A stretch of DNA of 64,000 nt, taken from the sequence record NC_028950.1. One strand, given 5' to 3'. Of this stretch, positions 28,925-36,987 are shown piece after piece. Below the pieces are notes generated by a model that worked only from the letters and a program-made list of their open reading frames with translations, was not told the origin of the DNA and made no database searches. The position numbers were made by a program, and so were the translations under genes. Within the stretch, counting starts at the first letter, position 1, and every line of letters begins with the position of its first letter.

Positions 28925-29039
28925 TTTGTCATATCCCCAATAGGAATTTTAAATGGTTCACCAGACGATAACTTCAGGTAAATAAAAAAGTATTTATTTA
29001 CTCTGTTGTGTAGATCCTCTGATGAATAAGGAGAACACT

Positions 29040-29936
29040 ATGCTCGATCAGAGCTTGGACAACTTTTTGGAACAGGCATTGCCCCCGGAGAAGTACCGCC
29101 TCTACGTGGACATCATCTCCTACTTGGAGAGCATAGAATACGACACCATCGAGAGTGAGTTGTTGAATCTCATTTACATGTCGATTGGCGACGAGAACGA
29201 AAAGGTTCCGAAGCCTGAGTCGACCTGCGTGGATGAAATCTACGGCCACCTTCGCGAGTGCATGATCTCCCAACTTTCGCAAAGTGGTATCGTCGCGAAC
29301 GAAGAGGTCAAGCTAAAGGATGTGTACGATTTGGCCATTGGCCTTTTCCACATCTCTTCTCATGAAGACATTGCAGGCATTGTTGCTTGCTGCAGTCTCG
29401 ATGAAGCCCCGATCCACCAGCTGGCTGAAGTACTCCAGTTGGTGACGACGGTGAGCGCCGATCACTGGATGACGGTCATCGACGAAATTCAACCCGAAGT
29501 AATCAAGCGCATCGTTGAGATGAGCAAACAGACGATCGACTCCGAGTATCAAGTTATGGAAGAGACGGCTGAATATTTACAGAAGATCCGGATCTATTCC
29601 GAGTACTGTACCAAGAAAGGCTTTACCGACCTGAAGGTATTTGGTCTGGTCGCTGAAGTTGTTCTGGGACAGAACTACACGACGTACCTGGATTCGGGAG
29701 TTGTGCATGAACTCTTCGAAGGCGATCTGATGGAGAAGTTGGCGCTTGAGATGTACGGCATGGCGCTGATGTCCAATGACGCATCGAAGGATCCGGTCGG
29801 AGCTATTCGTACGGTCATCGAGTCGTATATCGAGGACACGCGTCGTATTGTCGACTTGAACTCGAAAGTGCAGCTGGTCAATGCCGAGTTCGTTAAGTTC
29901 TATCAAACCACCAGCCAGGGCCTGAACAATGGATAA
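29040..29936 (+). CDS. Virion-associated protein (phiKZ gp79-like)
   Basis: Start moved to ATG 29040 (AAGGAG RBS); overlaps the next gene by 8 nt. Confidence 0.7.
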   Translation: MLDQSLDNFLEQALPPEKYRLYVDIISYLESIEYDTIESELLNLIYMSIGDENEKVPKPESTCVDEIYGHLRECMISQLSQSGIVANEEVKLKDVYDLAIGLFHISSHEDIAGIVACCSLDEAPIHQLAEVLQLVTTVSADHWMTVIDEIQPEVIKRIVEMSKQTIDSEYQVMEETAEYLQKIRIYSEYCTKKGFTDLKVFGLVAEVVLGQNYTTYLDSGVVHELFEGDLMEKLALEMYGMALMSNDASKDPVGAIRTVIESYIEDTRRIVDLNSKVQLVNAEFVKFYQTTSQGLNNG

Positions 29937-31227
29937 GCGTGACTTTTTCATGCTCTGCATGAAAGAACACAAGTATCGGGATAAGCGTTGGGTGTTGCGT
30001 GCTTTCGCTTTGGTGCGGGAGAACAAAACACCCGAGACGTCCAAACCTCTCGACATCATTCAAACGCCTGCCGGACACTTCTACAAGCATCCGGAAACTG
30101 GCGAGCTCGAACAGATTCGCGGTGCAGTCAAACCTGGAAAGCCGATGTATGGCGTCAAGGAAAAACTCACCGTGAAGAAAGGCGAGTTGCCGGGCATTCT
30201 CAAAGATGAGGAAACTGACTACGGTCGTATCCTCTACTACTGCATCATCTTCCTCCATTCGTTTGACGGGCGCGTGCCCTTTAAAAACCAGCAAATGGAC
30301 ATGGGGAAATTTGAAGATGAACTCGCATCGAAACTCCAGGACGATGTTGAATCTGGACAAGAGGAGAACCCGGCTCTATTCTATCCTCGTCAGCTCGTAC
30401 GTTATTACGAGGCCATGGCGTATAGCCGAGGCTTGGCAATGCTGTGCGTACCCGCTGCTTCTCCCAAGTCGATGACCATCGATCCGAAGGTTCTGAAGCG
30501 ACGGGACGAGATCTACAAGGATCCGAACATTGACCTGAACAATCAGGCAGTGGCGGCTTCTGTGGAAAAGGAACTGGTGGACATGGATCGCGATTCGTTC
30601 AAGGACGATTCAGCTTCCGGCTTCCTTATTAACAAAAAAGACTTCGCGGTTATTCGCAAGAAGCGTTTCATTTCATTCGGCTCGGGGGCTGGCCTCACGC
30701 CTGACTCCAAGACTGCGTACGTTAAGCGTAGCTTGAACGAAGGTGTGGATGTCTCACAGTTCAAGGACTACAACGATGAAATGCGTACTGGCTCGTACAA
30801 GCGCGGCGTTGAAACGATGTTCGGTGGTGAACTGGACAAGTGGCTCGTTCGTGAGTCTTCGAACATCCGGGTTCTTCCGGATGACTGTGGTAGCACTGTC
30901 GGTATTCCGACCCTTATCACAGAACTCAACCAAAACCAGTGGATTGGCTTTAACATCGTCGAAGGACGAGGCGTCAATAAGCTGAGTTCCGACAACATCG
31001 GCACTTATATGGGCAAGGTTGTTCTGCGACGCTCACCAGCTGCGTGCTGGGCGGGTAAGCCGGACTATTGCACGGTGTGCCTGGGCGAAAAGCTCTCGAT
31101 GAACCCGGACGCAATTTCTATCGCGTTCTCGCAATACGGCCACGACTTCATGGGTGAATCCATGTCCGCAATGCACGGCAAATCCTTGTCGATCGCACGG
31201 ATGGATCTCGTGGCTGAAGCTTCTTAA
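29929..31227 (+). CDS. Virion RNA polymerase beta' subunit, C-terminal part (phiKZ gp80-like)
   Basis: RVLPDDCGSTVG and RSPAAC...DYCTVCLG (beta' Zn-binding region); SFGSGAG; RTGSYKRG. Confidence 0.85.
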   Translation: MDKRDFFMLCMKEHKYRDKRWVLRAFALVRENKTPETSKPLDIIQTPAGHFYKHPETGELEQIRGAVKPGKPMYGVKEKLTVKKGELPGILKDEETDYGRILYYCIIFLHSFDGRVPFKNQQMDMGKFEDELASKLQDDVESGQEENPALFYPRQLVRYYEAMAYSRGLAMLCVPAASPKSMTIDPKVLKRRDEIYKDPNIDLNNQAVAASVEKELVDMDRDSFKDDSASGFLINKKDFAVIRKKRFISFGSGAGLTPDSKTAYVKRSLNEGVDVSQFKDYNDEMRTGSYKRGVETMFGGELDKWLVRESSNIRVLPDDCGSTVGIPTLITELNQNQWIGFNIVEGRGVNKLSSDNIGTYMGKVVLRRSPAACWAGKPDYCTVCLGEKLSMNPDAISIAFSQYGHDFMGESMSAMHGKSLSIARMDLVAEAS

Positions 31228-31253
31228 CTTTTTTCTTTCTGGAGAAAATTCTC

Positions 31254-32189
31254 ATGGCAACGGATCAACAAGCTGGTACGCAAGACGGCGCAGCAGTCGA
31301 CACGACCAAGCAAGACGCAACGCAAACGCCGCCGGCAACGGGCGCGAACGACACGGCCGCTCCGGCAGCCGATGCGACGGCAAAGGACCAGGCTGCTCCG
31401 GCCGCAGGCACGCAAGATACGAGCGCTACCGATGCAGCTGCAGCCGCTGCTGCTGCTCAAGAAGCTGCCGACAAGCAAGCAGCAGCTGACGCTCAGGCTG
31501 CCGCCGACGCACAAGCTGCACAAGCTGCCGCAGATGCCGCAGCAGCAGCAGCAAAGGCACAGCCCGTGACCGCGCAGGTTCGCAAGACGATCCCCGCTCC
31601 GGCACCGCAACAAGCGGCTGCAAAGCCGACGGCAACGACTCCCGCCGCCGCTGTCGTCACGAAGCAAGTCGCTGCAGCAGCTACGGTCACCGACACGGCC
31701 GCCAAAGCTCCGGCAAGCGATCGTGATCTTCCCGAAGTCGTCGCAGCAATGAAGGTCGCGAAGCCGCAGACGCAATCGGCTCTGTACCAGGTCATCCAGT
31801 ACGCAATCGACATGCATCCGGGCAAGCGCGTGGAACTGTCGACGATCGAACTGACTCAGGTCAACCTGCGCACGAACCTGTTCACGATCCTGTCGGCAGA
31901 AGACGCGAACTTCAAGGTCGTCTACCAGGCACTGCTCGCAATCGTCAAGGCACACAAGCAGAACTGCTTCGCGATCACGGCACGCAATCGTGGCCTGAAC
32001 TCGGTCAGCTTGGCTGCACTCGACAACAAGGGCATGCGCTTCCTGACGAAGATCGTCGACCTGCTCGTGCTGACGGCCGGCACCAACAACCTCGAACAAG
32101 TCAAGCAGCACTACGACTTCTCGAAGCTGGCCGAATGGTGCCCGAACGTGCGCATCCAGCAGAACCTGACGTCGTACTACTCGGCGTAA
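31254..32189 (+). CDS. Conserved hypothetical protein (phiKZ gp81 position) with Ala/Gln/Asp/Thr-rich N-terminal half
   Basis: 311 aa; GGAG RBS; high-expression codons; globular C-terminal domain. Confidence 0.75.
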   Translation: MATDQQAGTQDGAAVDTTKQDATQTPPATGANDTAAPAADATAKDQAAPAAGTQDTSATDAAAAAAAAQEAADKQAAADAQAAADAQAAQAAADAAAAAAKAQPVTAQVRKTIPAPAPQQAAAKPTATTPAAAVVTKQVAAAATVTDTAAKAPASDRDLPEVVAAMKVAKPQTQSALYQVIQYAIDMHPGKRVELSTIELTQVNLRTNLFTILSAEDANFKVVYQALLAIVKAHKQNCFAITARNRGLNSVSLAALDNKGMRFLTKIVDLLVLTAGTNNLEQVKQHYDFSKLAEWCPNVRIQQNLTSYYSA

Positions 32190-32204
32190 TCGCAGCAATG
32201 CGGT

Positions 32205-32249
32205 CATAGCTCCTACTCCTACCCGCAAGGGTAGGAGTAGGGCTTTATG
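32205..32249. terminator. Bidirectional long hairpin (GCAA loop) bounded by CATA...TATG
   Basis: gctcctactcctaccc-gcaa-gggtaggagtagggc between convergent genes. Confidence 0.8.
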
Positions 32250-32253
32250 CCGT

Positions 32254-33114
32254 TTAGGCGTAATTCATTTTGCGTGCTTTGCGATTCTGCTTCTTGATAC
32301 GAGCAGAACGCTGACGACGATTCTTCTGATGCTCCTGGTTATCCAGGCGAGCTTGTGTTGCGTAGTTCTCACGCTCCACATGCTTCACAGCACCAGCGAA
32401 GTATTGGTCGATACCACGCTCGAAGAATTCATGACGTACGTTATCCCACGTCGTGAGATCTTCGTCTTCCTTGCACATGTCGAACGGCACAGCGCAAGAC
32501 ATGATGACGCTTTGCGAGATCGGGCGACCAAAGAACTCCAGGATGGCGACGGCCATGCATTCGCAGCGATCAGCATAGTGCAGGTGCTGACGATGACGAT
32601 ACAGAACACCATTCAGGTTCTTGATGCGGAAGTGATGTTCCACGAACTGCATCAGATCCATGCCGATGGCCTGCAAGCCTTTACGACCGGAGTACTCGAT
32701 GACTGCCTGCATACCGTGCATCATGATGACTGCGTAGTAGTTGGGCATGTACTGGCCGATGTAATGCGACTTTGTGCAAGCGCCTTCGTAAGCGATCATT
32801 TCATCTTCGATCTGATCGAGCACACCCTTGGTAAATCGCACCAGTGAATAATTCTGATTCTTGCTGGCCGCGATGAACTTCTGGAGGCTGTCTTTGAACG
32901 TGTCGTACTTCAGCTGCTGGGCACTACGTTCTCGACTGCTTTGAAGCTGAGCCGCATACAGCAAGCGCTTGAGTTCACGCTTGTCTTTACGCGACATTTT
33001 CTTTTCTTTCTTTGGTCTCTTCCAGGAGAAGAAAGCTTTGATCGCGATGACAACGATCAGAGCAAACAGCCCCAGTACCCCAACACCCACAGCGCTCAAG
33101 TTATACATTTTCAA
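32254..33114 (-). CDS. Hypothetical protein with N-terminal membrane anchor and basic tails
   Basis: AVGVGVLGLFALIVVIAIKAFFSW then KRPKKEKK; 286 aa. Confidence 0.7.
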   Translation of the reverse strand: MKMYNLSAVGVGVLGLFALIVVIAIKAFFSWKRPKKEKKMSRKDKRELKRLLYAAQLQSSRERSAQQLKYDTFKDSLQKFIAASKNQNYSLVRFTKGVLDQIEDEMIAYEGACTKSHYIGQYMPNYYAVIMMHGMQAVIEYSGRKGLQAIGMDLMQFVEHHFRIKNLNGVLYRHRQHLHYADRCECMAVAILEFFGRPISQSVIMSCAVPFDMCKEDEDLTTWDNVRHEFFERGIDQYFAGAVKHVERENYATQARLDNQEHQKNRRQRSARIKKQNRKARKMNYA

Positions 33115-33131
33115 ACTCTTCTTGGTTTATG

Positions 33132-33536
33132 TCATTCAGGAATGTAGGAAAGAACTACGTACGCAATACCCGGTTCGAGTCCGATCTTGTCACCTAGGAT
33201 CGGAACCAGGCTGATGCCGGCCAAAGTCGACAGATAAAGCGCTGTCAACCCAGCTTTGTCGTCTTCGAAAGTGCATTCACAAGTGAAAGCGCCATCGTCC
33301 TCGACAATTTTGCCAGCCTTAATGCACTGGCCAAAATCCGTTTTGCCGGGATTCTTCTCCCGGATGTACTGCTGGAGAGCATATGCCAAACGAGCCGGTC
33401 TGGAGCCCTCGTTGAAGGCCGCAAAGTGCTTCCTCCACTCATCTACGGTGGTCTCATACTCCGGCGGCAGAAAAATGTCCACGACCTGGTTAGTACGAGA
33501 CCGGATAGTCTTTTGAACTAACCGGTCAAGACTCAT
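33132..33536 (-). CDS. Hypothetical protein (134 aa)
   Basis: GAGGAG RBS; 1 nt from the upstream stop. Confidence 0.7.
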   Translation of the reverse strand: MSLDRLVQKTIRSRTNQVVDIFLPPEYETTVDEWRKHFAAFNEGSRPARLAYALQQYIREKNPGKTDFGQCIKAGKIVEDDGAFTCECTFEDDKAGLTALYLSTLAGISLVPILGDKIGLEPGIAYVVLSYIPE

Positions 33537-33537
33537 A

Positions 33538-33813
33538 TTACTCCTCGTTCAGATGCTTAATTACCTTGTCAAAGACGTCCTGCCAGGTAGCGAACGGGCC
33601 ATCGAGAAATCCGATCTCCAGTTCATCTTCCAGTTCAGACATGATGTCCATGTGATCCAGCGAATCCAGATCCCCGCTCTGGAAAGGCAACGCCAGGAAC
33701 TCACGGAACTCCGTACTGTTCTCGACCGCGGTCTTGCGAACCGTTTTCGTGTCGTACGACGAAACTACTTGAACGAGCACCCGTCGTGCTCTTTGTGCTT
33801 TGGCCTCAGCCAT
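33538..33813 (-). CDS. Acyl carrier protein (ACP) homolog
   Basis: 91 aa from ATG 33813 (AGGGG RBS); GDLDSLDHMDIMSELEDELEI matches the phosphopantetheine site DSL-x-E-x-M-x-LE; acidic, predicted four-helix pattern. Confidence 0.75.
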   Translation of the reverse strand: MAEAKAQRARRVLVQVVSSYDTKTVRKTAVENSTEFREFLALPFQSGDLDSLDHMDIMSELEDELEIGFLDGPFATWQDVFDKVIKHLNEE

Positions 33814-33871
33814 TTTAAAAACCCCTGCATTTGTTATTGCTGTTACATGGTTTCGGTCGAAAACCAAATAA

Positions 33872-34069
33872 TCAGTCCCGCTTGATGTTGTACAGGTCTT
33901 TAAGCTCGGGATGGCTGACGCGAAGCTGAATCATGTCCCAATTGTTCGGTATTTCCTTGAATTCAAAGAACATATTAAACGCCTGCCCTTTCTCGTCTAC
34001 TACCTGACAGAGAATGTGCTTGTCCTGAGGCAGTTTCTTCATTTGTTCGATTATGTCTGCGGGAGTCAT
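33872..34069 (-). CDS. Hypothetical protein (65 aa)
   Basis: GAGG RBS; ATG start. Confidence 0.6.
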   Translation of the reverse strand: MTPADIIEQMKKLPQDKHILCQVVDEKGQAFNMFFEFKEIPNNWDMIQLRVSHPELKDLYNIKRD

Positions 34070-34094
34070 AAGACCTCAAAAAAATAAGTAGGCA

Positions 34095-34140
34095 GCAAAA
34101 AGGGCGGTACAGAGTGGCCGAAGCCACCCCATACCGTGCC
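34095..34140 (-). terminator. Intrinsic terminator (UUCG loop, U-tract)
   Basis: Minus strand GGCACGGTATGGGGTGGC-TTCG-GCCACTCTGTACCGCC-CTTTTT. Confidence 0.8.
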
Positions 34141-34617
34141 TAAGATGAACTGAACTTACATCCCAAGGTCGTCGAGTTAACAACGACTATGGGCTATAAG
34201 CTTTGCAGCGTTTCCCAACGGATACTTCACTTATAACTGTCCCGAAAAGACCCCTTACAATCGATGCGGGCTTAATACACACGAAGGCCGAACGACGTCC
34301 CCGCAAGCGCGAACGCGCGCGCCAGCGATTTACGTCAGGCATCACTAAGTCCTTAAAGGGAAACTCATATCGGCGGCACTAAGAGGCGGCCATGAGTTGT
34401 GATCTTCGCGCAGCTTAGAGCAGTAGTATCGAGACTCTGCCTTCACCACATACGACGTGTGTATTTCGCGGGCCTTTCACCCGAGTGAGGAACTAAGTGG
34501 CAACCATGCGGCCAATTCCAACACCTCTGCCTCGAACAGATCTTCAGAAGCCATCTTGTTAAAGAACGAGACGGCCGACCAGTCTCTCACGAGATTAGGT
34601 CAGCCGCCAGATCACGC
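34141..34617 (-). ncRNA. Candidate large structured non-coding RNA of unknown class
   Basis: No ORF of 60 aa or more; multiple stems with GNRA loops; 10-bp long-range complement (34274-34283 with 34456-34465); lies between a stop codon and a terminator. Confidence 0.55.
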
Positions 34618-35952
34618 TTACGGTTGAAGCGAGTCGGTTTGGTCGACAGCAGCTGCGCCGTCAGCATCGGCCTTCACGTCGGTCGCCGCCGGCGTTTGGA
34701 CTTCAGCTTGAACAGCAGCATCGACGACCGGAGCCGCATCTGCGGCAACTGCCGGGGTTTCAGCGGTCGGGGCAGCGTCGGCGGGAGCAGCGACTTGTTC
34801 AGCCGTTGCGTCCACTGCCGGCGTTTCCACGGCCGGAACTTCTGCCTGCGCTTGTGCAGCGTCGGTTTCCACCGGCGCAGCCGTTTGCGCTGCGTCAGCA
34901 GCTTGTTCCACCGGAGCAGCGTCGACAGGGGCGCCAGCCAGTGCTGCAGCCGTTGCCGGATCTGCATTCACTTCGGGCGTTTGTGCCAGAGCTTCGGGCG
35001 AGTGATCGACTTCTTGCGAAGCGTCACCAGCCGGAGCGGCTGCTTGTTCGACAGCGGGAGCTTCAGCTTGAGCAGCGTCTGCTGCCGGTGCATCCACTTG
35101 TGCTGCGACTTCCGGTGCTGCTTGCTCGCCAGCGGCGGGGTCGGCTGCAGGAGCGGCTTGTTCAGCAACGCCTGCGTCGGCTGCGCCAGCCGGTTGAGCT
35201 TGATCTGCAACAGCAGCGACGGTCGTGTCAGCTGCAGCTTGGGCCGGAACTTCGGCTTGGGCATCTGCTGCGTTCACGTCGCCTTGCGGAGCTGCGTCAG
35301 CCGGAGCCGGTTCTTGACCTGCGGCCGGGTCCACTTCTGCTGCTGCATCTGCAGCCGGAGCTTCCGGTTGAGCGGCTTGGTCAGCTGCTTGTTCCGGTTG
35401 AGCGTCGGTGGCTGCGGGAGCTTGCGGAACTTCCGGGGTATCCGGTTGTGCCGAAGCGTCTGCGGGCTGTTCCACTGCCGGTGCAGCTTGTTCAGCCGTA
35501 CCTGCATCCGTGCCCGCTGCCGGATCTTGTTCGACGGCCGGAGCATCGCCCGTCGGTTGTGCTTCTGCCGCGCCTGCGTCGCCTGCCGGTGCTGCATCGG
35601 CGGGTTGCTGCACGTCCTGGCCGGCTGCGGCTGCTGCCGAATCCGTACCAGCATCTTGCGTTTGGTCACCAGCGGCGATCTGTGCATCCAGACCAGCTGC
35701 TGCTGCACCTGCGGCCGCGGCGGCTGCCGTGCCGTTGTCGCCCAGACCGAGCGCTTCGTTCGTTGCGTCGCCCAGCGGCGCGTCAGTCAGTGCTGCCACA
35801 CCGGCGTCGACTTGAGTGTTCGAATGCTCGTCTTTCTTCTTGTGGAAAAGGCCGACGATGCGTTCGACTACGTGTTCGGGCAGTGCTGCGAGGGCTTCGA
35901 TAGCCAGCACCTCGGCTTTGAGTTCGTCGAGAACTTTGTGGATGATGCTCAC
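34618..35952 (-). CDS. Acidic Ala/Pro/Gln/Asp-rich intrinsically disordered protein with a short N-terminal helical domain
   Basis: 444 aa; GTG start with AAGGA RBS; repeated APAVEQ/EQAAPA/QAEVPA; no W, Y or C. Confidence 0.75.
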   Translation of the reverse strand: MSIIHKVLDELKAEVLAIEALAALPEHVVERIVGLFHKKKDEHSNTQVDAGVAALTDAPLGDATNEALGLGDNGTAAAAAAGAAAAGLDAQIAAGDQTQDAGTDSAAAAAGQDVQQPADAAPAGDAGAAEAQPTGDAPAVEQDPAAGTDAGTAEQAAPAVEQPADASAQPDTPEVPQAPAATDAQPEQAADQAAQPEAPAADAAAEVDPAAGQEPAPADAAPQGDVNAADAQAEVPAQAAADTTVAAVADQAQPAGAADAGVAEQAAPAADPAAGEQAAPEVAAQVDAPAADAAQAEAPAVEQAAAPAGDASQEVDHSPEALAQTPEVNADPATAAALAGAPVDAAPVEQAADAAQTAAPVETDAAQAQAEVPAVETPAVDATAEQVAAPADAAPTAETPAVAADAAPVVDAAVQAEVQTPAATDVKADADGAAAVDQTDSLQP

Positions 35953-35987
35953 GATTTTTCCTTGAAAGGAGTGTTTTAAAAAGACTG

Positions 35988-36020
35988 CTCAACCAGCAAA
36001 AACGTTGTTACTGGCTCATA
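35988..36020 (-). promoter_or_regulatory. Late-promoter-like TATG followed by a 5' leader hairpin
   Basis: Minus strand TATG at 36020-36017, then AGCCAGTAA-CAACGTTT-TTGCTGGTT stem. Confidence 0.4.
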
Positions 36021-36035
36021 CAATTTCGGCCGATT

Positions 36036-36398
36036 TCAGTGCCAAATGATGGTCACGAAAGGTCCTGCAACGGCGAAGGCGAATATCAGTTTGCACACAA
36101 TGTGTATCAGCTGATCACCCATCGCACTGATGATCTTGTTGACCCGCAACATGTCGGTCGCCCAATGCCAGGCGAACTCACAGAAACCGATCGTGAAGGC
36201 TGCTTTCGGATTGAACAACCAGATCACGCTACCTGCAGCTGCACCCTGAATCAGGGCATGCATCGTCAGGCCATACCACCACGGGAAGCCAGGCACCAAC
36301 CTGTTCTTGATGTCGGACAGGAATTGTCCTTGACCAGGAAAGTCGAAGAATGCGTGAACTGCCAGCAGGAGGCCGAGAACTGCAAGGAACGTTGTCAT
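36036..36398 (-). CDS. DUF3307-like membrane protein (His-rich putative metal site)
   Basis: HAFFDFPGQ, HALIQG, HWATD, DQLIH motifs with four hydrophobic helices. Confidence 0.75.
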   Translation of the reverse strand: MTTFLAVLGLLLAVHAFFDFPGQGQFLSDIKNRLVPGFPWWYGLTMHALIQGAAAGSVIWLFNPKAAFTIGFCEFAWHWATDMLRVNKIISAMGDQLIHIVCKLIFAFAVAGPFVTIIWH

Positions 36399-36661
36399 TA
36401 TGGTTATCCTTGAAGGGGTGGCCCGAGATCTTTATCGTTGGTTAGAACGCTTTGTTGAGCCGCTTACCGTAGGAGGTTGGAGTATGCGCTCGAACTCGAT
36501 CTCGAAGCCGAAAAAAAATAGCAGGAAGGCATCTTCCTGCAAAGGGGGGTTGCCCAAAACGAAGTCAGTTAAACGATGGGTCTAGGGCTGCCGCATGGTG
36601 CGTGCTGCAATCGTTTTACGTCGGTCGTTCTGGGCAAATCATAGCTGATGTAATTATTTTT

Positions 36662-36964
36662 TTATTTCCGGCGACATTGCCGGTAGAACTGTTCCCACGA
36701 ACCATCGAGGATTCGCTTCAGCCCTTCTTCGGTGATCCAGTGATCGCCAATACGTTCGCCACTGAAACCATGCTCGACTTCTTCCAGCGGCATCCACGAG
36801 TAATGGATGAAGTCTTCGACATCCACCGTGGGATCAGGCAGCGTATATTCGGTGCTGACCGATTTCGTTCTGTCCCGCAGTTCCGTCAATGTGAGGCGTG
36901 TCTTGCCGGGATTGTGGCTGACAACAACGTGCTCCACTGCAAAGCTTTGTTCACCTACTGCCAT
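36662..36964 (-). CDS. Hypothetical protein (100 aa)
   Basis: AAGGAG RBS. Confidence 0.65.
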   Translation of the reverse strand: MAVGEQSFAVEHVVVSHNPGKTRLTLTELRDRTKSVSTEYTLPDPTVDVEDFIHYSWMPLEEVEHGFSGERIGDHWITEEGLKRILDGSWEQFYRQCRRK

Positions 36965-36987
36965 GACTTACTCCTTCAGTTTTGAAA

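Noticed and set aside
26789-28981. Very long antisense ORFs (also 5019-6422, 11419-13353, 34624-35979, 47778-49586, 59627-61966)
   Set aside because: They mirror highly expressed genes whose codon bias avoids TTA/CTA/TCA, which removes antisense stops. They lack RBSs and have unnatural composition.
33172-33182. GGTTCGAGTCC, a tRNA T-loop-like sequence
   Set aside because: Lies inside a CDS; the T-stem does not pair and no acceptor, D or anticodon arms can be built.
34141-34617. tmRNA, RNase P, group I/II intron or hammerhead identity for the structured region
   Set aside because: A 25-codon frame (MASEDLFEAEVLELAAWLPLSSSLG) contains a tag-like ELAA but continues with TGG rather than a stop. 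There is no GGGG 5' end, T-loop or CCA end. GGGTGAAAGG resembles RNase P, but CR-I (GAGGAAAGTCC) and CR-V are absent. No interrupted gene and no CUGAUGA core.
36400-36660. ORF-poor gap with a second T8C run (36511-36518) and a frame ATG-CGG-CAG-CCC-TAG that stays open for about 50 codons
   Set aside because: No RBS, no useful frame for a shift to reach, and no recognisable product. Readthrough or pseudogene status cannot be supported from sequence alone.
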